The translations under genes were made by a program, and so were the position numbers. A model generated the notes under the pieces. It was not told the origin of the DNA. It ran no database searches and saw nothing but the letters and a program-made list of their open reading frames with translations. From Bigelowiella natans CCMP2755 (lineage: Eukaryota; Protista; Cercozoa), in NCBI GenBank assembly GCA_000320545.1, contig ADNK01000489.1, positions 62,001-126,000 of the forward strand: DNA of 64,000 nucleotides, in the 5' to 3' direction. This document shows positions 24,501 through 35,066 of this stretch, piece by piece. Position 1 is the stretch's first letter; each line of letters begins with the position of its first letter.

Positions 24501-24925
24501 AATTACTGGGGCTCCGAAGTTAAGGTTAGACTGGAACGATACTAGTTGGCCGCCAACTTCAAGCTCCACATTCATCCCGGTACCAGCGCCGTCAATTATG
24601 CACGCAAGGCTTTCGTGTGGAACAATGACGCTGCAAAGAAACAAGTCTGTCTTGAAGAAGCCTCCTGGGGCCCATGATACAGTATTGTTCAACACCCGAG
24701 CTTGCTGTCCGACCCAGCTAAAGCTTAAGGTCGAATTTGCCGGGCCGAAGTTGGTGCCGTTAATGATAACTTTGCCTAACACCATTTACGCACACACCAA
24801 CATAACATACACGGCGCATCAGATGTGTTTGCAGCAGCAGCAGATAGTAAAGAATGTTTCGTATTTGTGCGTATACACACGCGTGTGTGGCACTTAAATT
24901 TAAAATGAACGTGGTGAGGGGGAGG

Positions 24926-24968
<43 letters not shown>

Positions 24969-27900
24969 CGAGAGAGAGAGCGAGAGAAACATATGAATCC
25001 AAAGCGAACTACTACGGTCTTGCCACCGCCAACATTGTTATCGTTACCTCCTTTCGTCGCCAAAGTGGATCCCCATAGGGAATAAGCTGCTGTAATAGCA
25101 GGGGCAGTAAATCGCGAAAACGGCGGTGAGGGCGCGCTGACCTGATAAGCCACGATGACTCGCCACGACATGGACGAGCCAATGCCAGGCTGGCCTGTAC
25201 ATTCCATGGTGATATGCGCGATCGTGACAGAGCAGGTAAACCACGTGTAGACGTACGTCGAGGAATTGTACGTCGCGGAGCCAGAGCGCAGGTCTGCTGT
25301 AATGTTGGTACCGACCGGCCCAAAATTCGTTCCAGAGAGCGTGATTACTTGACCACCCTTGGTGGGGAACGTAGTGTTGGCTGCCACAGTTGCATTCAAG
25401 GTCGGGGCGCCATATGTGAGCGCGGTGCTGTTGAAGATACCGCTGAATTGTGCGTCCACGTCCACTTCCAAGTAGTTTCGTCCTACACCAGGGGCCAGGA
25501 CGCAACTCAGGTTGGTATGCGCGACTATGATTGTACAGCTCGTTGTCGCGTATCTCGTCAAGTCTGGAACAATTTCCCGCCTACAGCATTGGTAACTTTG
25601 ACATCCAGGGTAATACACACCGAATTCGGAGAAAACATACTCGTAGCCACGCCCAGATGAGTCTGAGCGGCTGAGGCAGTTGGATTCGGTATCCTGAAAG
25701 GCAACCGGCTCCCATGCAGCCACAGACGGCCCATAGCGAACGGCGATTACGCCTACATTTACGCCAAAGTTGGTGCCAGTGATATTGACTACCCCACCCC
25801 CAGTCGTTGACGGTTCATCAAACGCAATGGTATATACGACGGGGTCTCCATAGCGGATAGTTTCAGTCGAAGCTGCGGATGATTGGTTAGCCACGGTGAC
25901 TTGCCAGCGGAGCCCAGAGCCAGTTCCTTCTGCCGTTGTGCAAATGATTTGGTCGTATGAGATGGATGTCGGGGTGCACATGTATCGGGAGAGATTGGAG
26001 CTGGGGCCGTATGTCACGCTAACGACCGATGATATAGTTGCCAAATCGTCGTCTGTTGGAAAGAGGTAAAAGTTGACGCCGTTGATTGTGATCAGGGTTC
26101 CCCCCTTTGTCTCCAAGGTAGACGGACCCGTAACCTGGAGGATCTGTGGTATGTTGTACGAGGTGGAGCTGGAGAGTTCATCGCTCCATTGATTTCCCAC
26201 ATAGAGCCTCCAGCGCACGTCGTTGCCAAAACCGGGAGAGGGATACCCGTATGCCTGTGTACCGGTTGAGTCTAGGCAACCAGAAAAATTGCGGCCATTT
26301 GTCTGAGCGATGAATTGGACTTCGCACGAGCCGTTGACCATGCCAATGCCAAGGTTCGCTCCTCCGATAGATATCGATGGCTCTCCAGTAGTGTTGAACG
26401 CGGACGGCGAGATCGTAGAAATGGTCGGCGAGGAATAGGACACGGTGCTGGACAAGTATGCGCTAGCACCAGACGGCGACGAGAGCGAAAACTCAAGATT
26501 GCTTCCTACACCAGATCCTAGAGTACAGCTTGCAGCCGTATGGTTGGTAGAAGCACAATCGAACGTCCTCATCAATGTCAGATTTGCCCACGATCCCTCG
26601 AATTTCACCTGCGTTTCTTGGCTTGACGTCGAGGACGTTCCAATACCTAGCAACGCCAATTGCTGGGAGCCTGTGTAACTTCCGAGCAGATTCCAGTCAC
26701 TGTCTTGGCTAAATTTATAGTAGCCATGTACAGTCCTGGCCGAGTTGCTCACAATTAGCCTTATGTGAACAGGGTACTCAAAAGATGCGTAGCTTTGTGA
26801 GTTTATGTTGGTGACAGATTGGGATGTTCGTTGTACGAGACTGATTCCACTCGAGGACTTGTTGACACATATGGCAACGGCGTCAACAGTGTCGCCCACA
26901 CCAGCTCTCGCCACAACACAAGTTCGTGCAAGCGGTCCTCCGGCCATGACTTCCACGCCCATGCTTCGGGACGCGGCGACAGAAGTGAAACGATAGCCAA
27001 ACTGGGCTGAATCTGTTCCAGATTCCATCAAAGCTGTCCCTGAAGAGGACAGGTTAAAAACATTATTCTCTACTCTCTGTACGCTGCCGGAGCTTCCGCC
27101 AAGAGCCAACGAGCCAAAGAAACCATTCCTCTCACCCACGAGTGCGCGCGTGTATCGAGATAGCACTTTGAGCTGCGTCCCAGGGGGGCCAAAGTCCGTA
27201 CCCTTGAACGCAATGGAGGCACCAGATGATGCAATCTGGCCCGAGGTGGCAAGAACCTCAGAGACCGTTGGCACATTTCTATCAAAGGTTGATGCAGACC
27301 CATACGATTGGCTGTAGCCTTGTGACGACCCAGAGCCCCAGGTAACGGCGATATGGAAGCCGGTGCCCACACCCTCTGGAAGGGTGCAGTTGGCCTGCTC
27401 GTGAGCTACGACGATCGTGCAAGATGGGGTTGTATATTGCTGCTCTCCAGTGCAAAGACTGGTAGAAATCTGGGCACCACCCAGAGGATTGCCGGAGCTG
27501 GAAGTAAGTCCGATTCCGACGTAAGAAGGAACGGCTGTTGGTATTGTTGTAGAACCAACCTCGGAGAAGGTAGAGGAGCTTCCGCCAAGCGCGTATCCGG
27601 AATATACCCCCTTACTTGTCTCATTGATCCTGAGGGTGACAGGGAGGGACACATCGAGGCTGGCGAAGCTCGATGCGCTGGCTTTCTCATCTCGTTTTCC
27701 GAACTTCACCGAGCTGCTTGCCTCGTCAAAGCAAAGAGCAACAAATGCAGCGTCATTGTCGAGCGACTCGCGCGCCATCAAACAAACCTCAGCATCTGAT
27801 TCGACTTCTGTGAGGCTCAGTTCCATGTACACCAAACCTGAAGAAGAATCGTGGGGCCTCGCGATATACTCAATGTCATCCTGTGTTGTGGATGTCAAAA

Positions 27901-29227
27901 ACGTATTGGATCCACTCCCAAGCACCGTGAGAGAGTCTGGCTTGTGTGTAAAGCTGGATGGTGAAGTCGAGCCAATGCCGTAGCGGCTGCACAAAACTTG
28001 GTAGTAGGTAGCAAGAAAGGTGTTTGCTGAATCTACGGGCCCGAAGTCTGTTCCTGAGATCTGAAGAACTGGTGTGTCACTGGTACCAAATGGTCCTGAT
28101 GGTGTGAACAGTGAGATCTCGGGAGCAGAGTAAGAATAACTTGAGGACGCTTGACCATACTGCGACGCAACTGTCACAATATACGTCAAATTTGTCCCGA
28201 ACCCGGCAGATGTCGAGCAGATCAGTGTTTTATGCGGCACAGACACGGTACATGATCCACCGTACAAAGTCACATTGGACGTCGGCCCATAGCGTAACGT
28301 CGGGGAGTCGCTACTCGTACCGAAATTGACACCTGTGACAGTGATTACTGTTGTCCCATTAGTGGACAGTTGTGTCGGGGAGACAGAGCTGATCTGCGGG
28401 CTATCGTATGAAATGGATGAGGACGAAGCTGCTGATGTTTGATCTCCAGCTACAACTGTTACCACAAGTCCGGTACCAACCCCTTCGATAGTTCTGCATT
28501 CCAGTCTCGTATTAAGGGCGCCCGGATGGAAGCATCCTGTTGCAAGGTATTTCTGAGGTTGTCCTGATGGCCCGTAGTAAACAGAAATATGGCTTATCAC
28601 TGTCGAATCGCCGAAGTTCGCTCCATCCACAGTAAGAGGCTGAACGCCTGTGGTGGAGCGGTTGCCTCCCATTGAGACAGCAGAGATAGTGGGAACTTGG
28701 AAGCTGAGCACTCTCACTGCCACGGCACTCTGCCCGGCGGCGTTTGTGATGGTCACATTATGGTTTGTTCCGATTTGGCCCACGCAACTGGTTGTCGTCA
28801 TCGAGGCCGAGCCTGAAGCTCCGTCCGTATGGGACACGTATGTAAAGCTGCATGATCCGTACGAGTTGCTGATGGTTATGCTCAGTGGAGAATTGGAGGG
28901 ACCAAAGTATGAACCGGCAATCACCACATTCGATGCGGTATCCGAACTTATTGTCGAAGGTGACACAGATGATATGGAAGGACCAAAGTAGCTCAGGTTC
29001 AAACTCGCCGTCGAGAGTGGTGGAAGCCCGACAGAGACGTTCAAGATAAGTTCGGTACCAATTCCTGCTACACTGGTACAAGTAATCTGGGTGTCCGCAG
29101 ACGTGACAGAGCACGATGTGGCTTCGTAGTTGCCATACCTAGTAATGTTAATTGATGATAATAAAATGAGTTTCTCGTTAAATTGCAAATCTCCGGCGCA
29201 TCCGAGTACATTTACACACAAACTCAC

Positions 29228-29268
<41 letters not shown>

Positions 29269-30373
29269 AAATCTTAAACTGGTGAGAAACAAACCTTATG
29301 GTGACAGGAGTACCAGATGGGCCGAAAGAGGATCCAGTGATTACAATAGACTCCCCCCCTAACGTTGAGAGCGCTGCGGCGGGAATACTGACAAGAGTTT
29401 GGGCAGGAGAGGCGAAGGTAGTATTCGCATCCGACCATGGCGATAGCTGGCCTGCTACTCGCACCCTCCATCGGTGGAGGCCACCAGCACCTCCATTCAC
29501 TACACACAAAGCTGCATAATACGAAACGAGGGGACACGAGAGGTTTCTGTAGCTAGCAGAATCTTGAGGGTCACCAAACTGCACAAAAATGGGAGATTCC
29601 GTACCGAACCATGTTCCATTTATCAGCACCTGTGTCGATCCGGTTGTTGGAATCGGGTAAACATCGGGGGTCACAAGCTCAATCCCAGCACTAAGAGTGG
29701 GTGTAGTCGTGACAGGGGACAAAGTCGTAGGTGAGCATGTTGGTTGAACTGTGGTAGGTGAGATGGTCACTGGAGATTGAGTACTAGGCGATTGTGTTAA
29801 CGGGGATAAAGTACTTGGAGAACTAGTGACTGGGGAAGAAGTCGTTGGATGGGCTGTGGATGGCTGCAGGGTAAATGGACTGCAGGTTGAGGGGGATCCG
29901 GTAACAGGGGAACTTGTAACAGGTGATGTGCTCGGTGTAGTAGTCAATGGTGTTAGCGTGGGACTATCTGTTAGAGGAGATGATGTGGGTTGATTCGATG
30001 GGGATATGGTTGGAGCGCGTGTGGGAGCTGTTGTTGGATTCAGAGTAGTCGCAGACGGGTTCCCGGTGGGATTGCTTGACGGGTTCCCGGTGGGATTGCT
30101 TGTTGGTCCACTACTCGCCAGCGTTGGGCTTCCCGTTGGGCTACCCGTACTCGAACCAATTGGACTTGAACTTGGGCTATTTGTGGTTCCTTCGGTTGCA
30201 TGCGCTAGTAGCAGTACGATCTGATTTTTTTTAAAATATGCGTCGATACCCAACTTGACAATTACGATTATTAGGTGCAATTTAATACTACGTTACTTCT
30301 TTACAAATACCATCATCATTGCGTGCAAAATGCCGGTTGGCACCGCCGGCGTCTGCAGGGTGCCTGCCGACAT
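5708..30373 (-). CDS. Giant multi-exon membrane protein (~7,600 aa or more): signal peptide, S/T/P stalk, many IPT/TIG repeats, lectin-like/LamG and DUF2341-like modules, GCC2/GCC3-type Cys-rich repeats, multi-TM block, cytoplasmic region with WD40 and PH, second multi-TM block
   Basis: ATG 30373 (MSAGTLQTPAVPTGILHAMMM|IVLLLAHA). Phase-consistent GT-AG joins link exons ~30373-30311, 30220-29295, 29138-25048, 24776-24389, 24305-23959, 23862-18642, 18382-14284, ~14158-14059, ~13911-12739, ~12608-8934, 8821-6405, 6142-6073, 5983-5905 and 5837-. The weakest join is ~12738/12609, and the 3' end is uncertain. Confidence 0.7.
6405..8821 (-). CDS. Giant gene segment: beta-propeller-like region and second multi-pass TM block
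   Basis: 828-aa ORF with several hydrophobic helices in the C-terminal third (…YVFNC…ICF…PPYAEIKANSLN). Confidence 0.75.
8934..12608 (-). CDS. Giant gene segment: Ig/filamin-like region, WD40 repeats and PH domain
   Basis: 1221-aa ORF: GHTSPILC…LYTGGA…CAWE (WD40); KKGWLSKRGG…FRTRYFQL…LAYYS…PNG.MPL…ER.GWMCAI (PH); acidic/KETKE repeat linker. Confidence 0.8.
14284..18382 (-). CDS. Giant gene segment: IPT, Cys-rich GCC2/GCC3-like repeats, first multi-pass TM block
   Basis: 1347-aa ORF: CEVCDAG/CVSCS/CLCLNGYY/CPDNANCPGG/CAAGYAGYLCGQCETGYY followed by about 9 hydrophobic helices. Confidence 0.85.
18642..23862 (-). CDS. Giant gene segment: IPT/TIG, PAN/apple-like, LamG-like, DUF2341-like and ricin-like modules
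   Basis: 1757-aa ORF: 'GP..GNT.ITITG.GF', 'CQTSC….C.YY.Y…..C', 'YTLEIW…LHHIVW', 'TDFQL…LAFYDSD..TELYWF…RVWVKVP.I.ANS.KTIYM'. Confidence 0.85.
23959..30373 (-). CDS. Giant gene segment: signal peptide, mucin-like TxSP repeats, tandem IPT/TIG domains, two lectin-like beta-sandwich inserts
   Basis: Recurrent 'P.I..VSP..L.T.GG..ITI.G.NFG…C…..HT.I.C….G.G' units in the 1834-aa, 157-aa and 146-aa ORFs. Confidence 0.85.
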
Positions 30374-30853
30374 TCCCCCCCTCGCTGAAAGTTAGTGAAC
30401 AGAACGGGTAATGATCCTAGTTTTGTCTCCTTTTTCCCTTTTGAGTATAAAACGAGTTTGAACCCAAGGGGACATGCGCAAAATACGATTCTTCGTTTAC
30501 CAAATATTTCACACCTGATTTTGTTTAGATTCCTGTGAGACGGTTGGGGGGAGGCCCGTGCAACACCTTCAAGCGGAGATACGATCAGTGAACTATTAAT
30601 AAACTCTACGGCTAGAAATAATCACAAGCAGGAATCATCTTAAATATTGAAACAAGATTTCCGGATTTCTTCTGCTGCTCTGCCCATTCAGTTTGCTCTG
30701 ATATGATACCGTTCTCTTCGATCAGTAGGAACTCTCCCGGTAGTTTTCCCGTCCAAATTGCTCACAGTCTCAGCTTTTCAGTCTTTTAATTCCAGAAAAT
30801 CCAGAAAATCCAGAAAATCCACGACATCCTTCCTGTTTAATAACTGCGACGCC

Positions 30854-32618
30854 ATGGAACATAGAGACGCCCATTTTAAGAGCTTCCTTTTCATCGGGAC
30901 ATTCAATATTTTTAGAGCTCATTTAAATATCTCGTCAACCATTAGGAGATCGTAGTAGAGAGATTTAGCTAAAATAATAAATCGCATGATTTGGGATCTT
31001 CCCACTAACAAAGCTGATGCGGTTACGACTCGTTTCATATTTCATGCTCTCGATCACATCCTTTTTTGAAAAGAGACATGTATCTGATTCAGTCATAGAC
31101 ATAAAATCAAATACATCTTCCTCAAATTGATAGTCACAAGGCCAATTTGAGAAGAAATCGGTAAATCTTCCGCATTCTTCGCTAGGTTTCTGTTCTATTC
31201 CATAAAATTACACCATATCCCTACAGCAGCATTCTACATTTTTCTTACGTTATTTCGGGCTCAATATGATTGTTATGACCATTGACCATAAAAACTGTCC
31301 CTCCTGAAGTAGTAGATCAGCAGACATGTACTTCAAATTTTATCGTATTATTTCCAGTCCAATTTTTAGACACATTGACATCGCAACAATCATGCCGGAA
31401 AGAAGGTACCTCACCGCCACGTGCTGCTCTATGCAACATCATGAATGCGTCCATGCACACAGGAAGCTTCCGCCCAGAAGAGGAACTAGAAGGGCTGCAC
31501 ATGATTCTGCTGAGATGAAGGAGAAGGAGAGAAGGGCTCAATCAAAGAGGTAGCTCTTGATACTATATCGTCGCACAGTGCCTTCACATGCTATTTTGCA
31601 GCTCGCATATTCCAGATCCTGAGGATGATAACACCCGCAGTGATGATCCAATCGAAAGGGAAAATGAAAATGAAATGACGCTTAATGGTAAACCTGACGT
31701 TGAAGACGAGGACGAAGACGAAGACGATGATGACATGCCCCAAGAGGTTAATTAATCAACATGGAGGCTGAAAATTATGACTCATGAAATGGTGCGGCAG
31801 GTATCATTGGCAACTTCAGCTGCCAAAGCAAGAGAGACGAACACCGGCACAAAGCGCATGGTGCAGATGATGAATAGGCAGGGTAAGTTGAAGCGAAGGA
31901 GCATGGTGGCTGGACGACAGAAGGTGATGTCCAGAACCTCATCAACATTGTTGCAAACTCACACTCATATTTCTTATATAATTTGCAGCAAAGCGAAAAG
32001 ATGCTCGATATTAGTCTGCTACAAAAGGCTCAAGAGGAATCTGAGAAATTGTAGGACTAATCTGATCATGATTTACAGTTTCACTAATGAACAATTCACA
32101 TGTTCAGGAAGGAAACGGAAAGAAAAACTAGAATGGAGAAAAAAGGGAATCGGCGTGCAATAAAAAATCGTGGAACGCGAACAACTTTTCCTGAATCTGT
32201 TGAGGAAGCTCAAGTAATTAGTTTGGTATTTATATGACTCAAACCCTAATTCATTTGCCCACCCTCATCAGAAAGGAAATTTCACGGTTCGCGTTGCTTC
32301 AACTGATAGGGTCACAAGCTAGAATATGCTTGCACATTTATGAAGCAGCTAATGAGACGTATAACTTTATATAAATTTCAGACCAGAATTGAAAGATCGT
32401 TTAAAACGGAACCAGACGCAATCGCGGCCTTACAGTCTCGACTCTACGTAAGAACCACCAATATTGTTTTTTTTAGGACTTATGAAACATCATCTCCACA
32501 TGTGCAATATTTCCTAGGGAAGGGTGAACAGAATACCACAGAGATCACGAGTAGGAAAAAAACGAAAGAAAAGTATGACCGACCCATCATCACGCCGATT
32601 TCGGAGGACATCCGGTAA
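30854..32618 (+). CDS. Hypothetical multi-exon protein (acidic and basic low-complexity tracts)
   Basis: Short GT-AG-bounded exons at ~31400-32450 (…EMKEKERRAQSKE|…DVEDEDEDEDDDDMPQE|VSLATSAAKARE…|QSEKMLDISLLQKAQEESEKL). Both ends uncertain. Confidence 0.45.
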
Positions 32619-32639
32619 AATGTGATTGCAGACAATGAT

Positions 32640-33660
32640 CGGTCGTCTGATTTAATCGTTAGCATGTTCAATTTGGTAGCATATTGCGCTGCACAGCATC
32701 ATGACATGTGGCTAGGCATTTTCTGATGCAATCAATCGGCCATGTGTTTGCCGAACACAAACTGATTGATCGGACACATGATGGCATCTAAGCATCACAG
32801 GTGGCTGTTTGTCTAGTCAGGATATCTAGATATGGAAGTTCTGTGTGACTGCAGGCAACAGCTAATTAGCTCTAGAGCTGCTATACTGCTGCATGCGACA
32901 CCATCTAGCCACGCACATGTCAATATCGCACATTCCAGACTACTACGCTAGACTAGCAGCCAGCAGCCATATACACACCGCACATACATGCAGCCACAGC
33001 TAGATCGACAGCTTGCTAGCTTGCCAATAATGCATATATGTATATGTAATGTGCGCTATGCTAGTACGCTGATATTATTATGTCTACATTACACATTACT
33101 GCGCTGCGAGCATGACCTACTGTGCGACAACATCGACGACGACAGGACATATTGTAGCTGACAAGCGCATAGCTAGCTAGCTAGATGCTTCGATCCGCCT
33201 GCTATAATGCATGAAGCACATCATACATGTATATAGCAGAGACAAGTAGATGGAACATGAGCGCTGTAAATAGCTAGCTAGCCGCTGCTTTGCATAGATT
33301 TAGAGCTACATTAGGATGAACATATTGAAAGGATTTAATCACTTCGGCTTTCACCCGTTTCATATTACATTACTGTGTCTATAATGCGGTGAAGCTAGGA
33401 AGCATCTGCTTGTATACAGGCTGTATGGCAAGTGCTGACATCATTACTATATACACATGCACAGCTCATTGATCTTACATGGCAATATTCTAGTATCGTG
33501 CATTGGTATATTGGCATGTCTAGAACATCAAGCACAGTAGCACAAGTTATGATGTTCAACCTTGAATGAACACTAATCTCGTGATCACATCATTCAGTAA
33601 TCCACTGTCATGTAGCATGACTTCGAATGCCAAATTCGAATGCTATTCCTTACTAAGAGC
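32640..33660. other. CTAG/GCAT-rich degenerate spacer between convergent genes
   Basis: Same composition as 4335-4960 (tagctagctagctag at ~33169). Contains a decayed LINE 3' end. Confidence 0.6.
33242..33364 (+). mobile_element. Highly decayed 3'-end fragment of the same LINE, with micro-insertions
   Basis: ACAAGT…AGCGCTGTA[ins]GCCGCTGC.TTGCA.AG[ins]CTACATTAGGATGA.CAT[AT]TGAAA…CCGT.TCATAT aligns to the reverse complement of 211-308 and 18-62. Confidence 0.75.
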
Positions 33661-33899
33661 TTTTTTCTGTTGCACCGCCCACCTGATTAGCATCACAGGT
33701 TTAATTAAATGCCTTCTTTACATACGTGTTGTTTGTGTATTAAAAGATGCTAATTGTTACCCACCACCTAGGTGAAAAATACCGAGGTTAGTGTTATTTG
33801 CAAGTTGTATCTCTAGAAATGTCTCAAAATTGGAACGTTAATGTTTTCCGGATGATTTTGAACATAAGATGTCGTTACAAGCTCTTATGCATGCTCATT

Positions 33900-34697
33900 T
33901 TACTTCTTCATCCTGTCCGCTAACATGACCGGAGCGACACCTATAGGGGTTTCTTTCTGTGCGTTTTTAACACTAGGATCTGCTCCAAGCCGCATCAACA
34001 ATTTGACCTACAATAAATTCTTATCGGAAATTATCACGACTACGTTGTAAGAAAACGTTCTTACCGCCTCTGTACGGTCGAACATTGCAGCCATGTGAAG
34101 AAGAGAATTCCCAGACGCATCTACGAAGAAGGTAGTGTTGATTTTCAAAATTTCTTACATGAGAACAAAAACACAGTGCTTGCAAATAAATCATGCTTTG
34201 AAACCTCTGTAGTTCGGGTTTGCTTTCGCCTGTGATGGAAACAAAACTAGATTCATCTAATGGAAGCAAGGCAATTAGGATCATTTTTACCTCTAAAAGT
34301 TTCTTAACTCCATCGTCATCTCCTTTTTTTATAGCCTCCCTCGTTTGCAAATTTAAGTCCCCGTTAAGGTCATACTTATGTTCTTTTTGACTTTCTGGCT
34401 TGAAGCTTGTACATACATAAGGAAAGGTTAGATGAAAAATGCTTGATGGATTAAAATGAGATCTACTAATACGTCCGCCTAATTTATTCCCACTTGATTT
34501 AATGAACTTATCCTGCATAATTCCATGCAAAAACACCCAATACCTATCGCATTTACACATCGCGAAAAATCTTTCGATCCCGAATGTGACGGCATAGATG
34601 CATTTGTAAGATATACAATTAGCTCATGCGAAAGCAGATATCAGATGGATAGATAGGCATTAGCGAATATGGCATGGACATGTACTTACAACATCAT
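33900..34697 (-). CDS. Small ankyrin-repeat protein (multi-exon)
   Basis: Spliced: …REAIKKGDDDGVKKLLE|AKANPNYR…GNSLLHMAAMFDRTEA|VVKLLMRLGADPSVKNAQKETP…MKK*. The first exon (ATG 34697) is tentative. Confidence 0.7.
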
Positions 34698-35066
34698 TTT
34701 CGTCGGAGGAGAAGACTTCGGGAGCAACAGATGGTGGGGGGGGGGCGAAGTGTTTCCTGAAGAATTCAATTTTTAATTTTTGCTTAAAAATATGAAATAA
34801 AGAAAATATCCTTGAATTAAGTTTGTATTTTGGAACAAATGATGTCGTTCAAATATATATGTCGCAACATCTCACAAATCCAGCACAGTTGCAGTCTGAA
34901 ATCGGAGTAAATAAGATACAATTGAGGGCGTTCGATCGGAGTTATATCCCAATTTAGTTAGGCCAGTTAGCCCAATCCATGTTCATAATTTACGATTTTT
35001 GTTCAACACTTTGTGGAGTCCATGGTTAGACATTGATGAGAGTAACATCTACCGCCGCAACTTGGA

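Noticed and set aside
8917-29734. Plus-strand ORFs antisense to the giant gene
   Set aside because: Shadow ORFs of long coding exons with no independent motifs.
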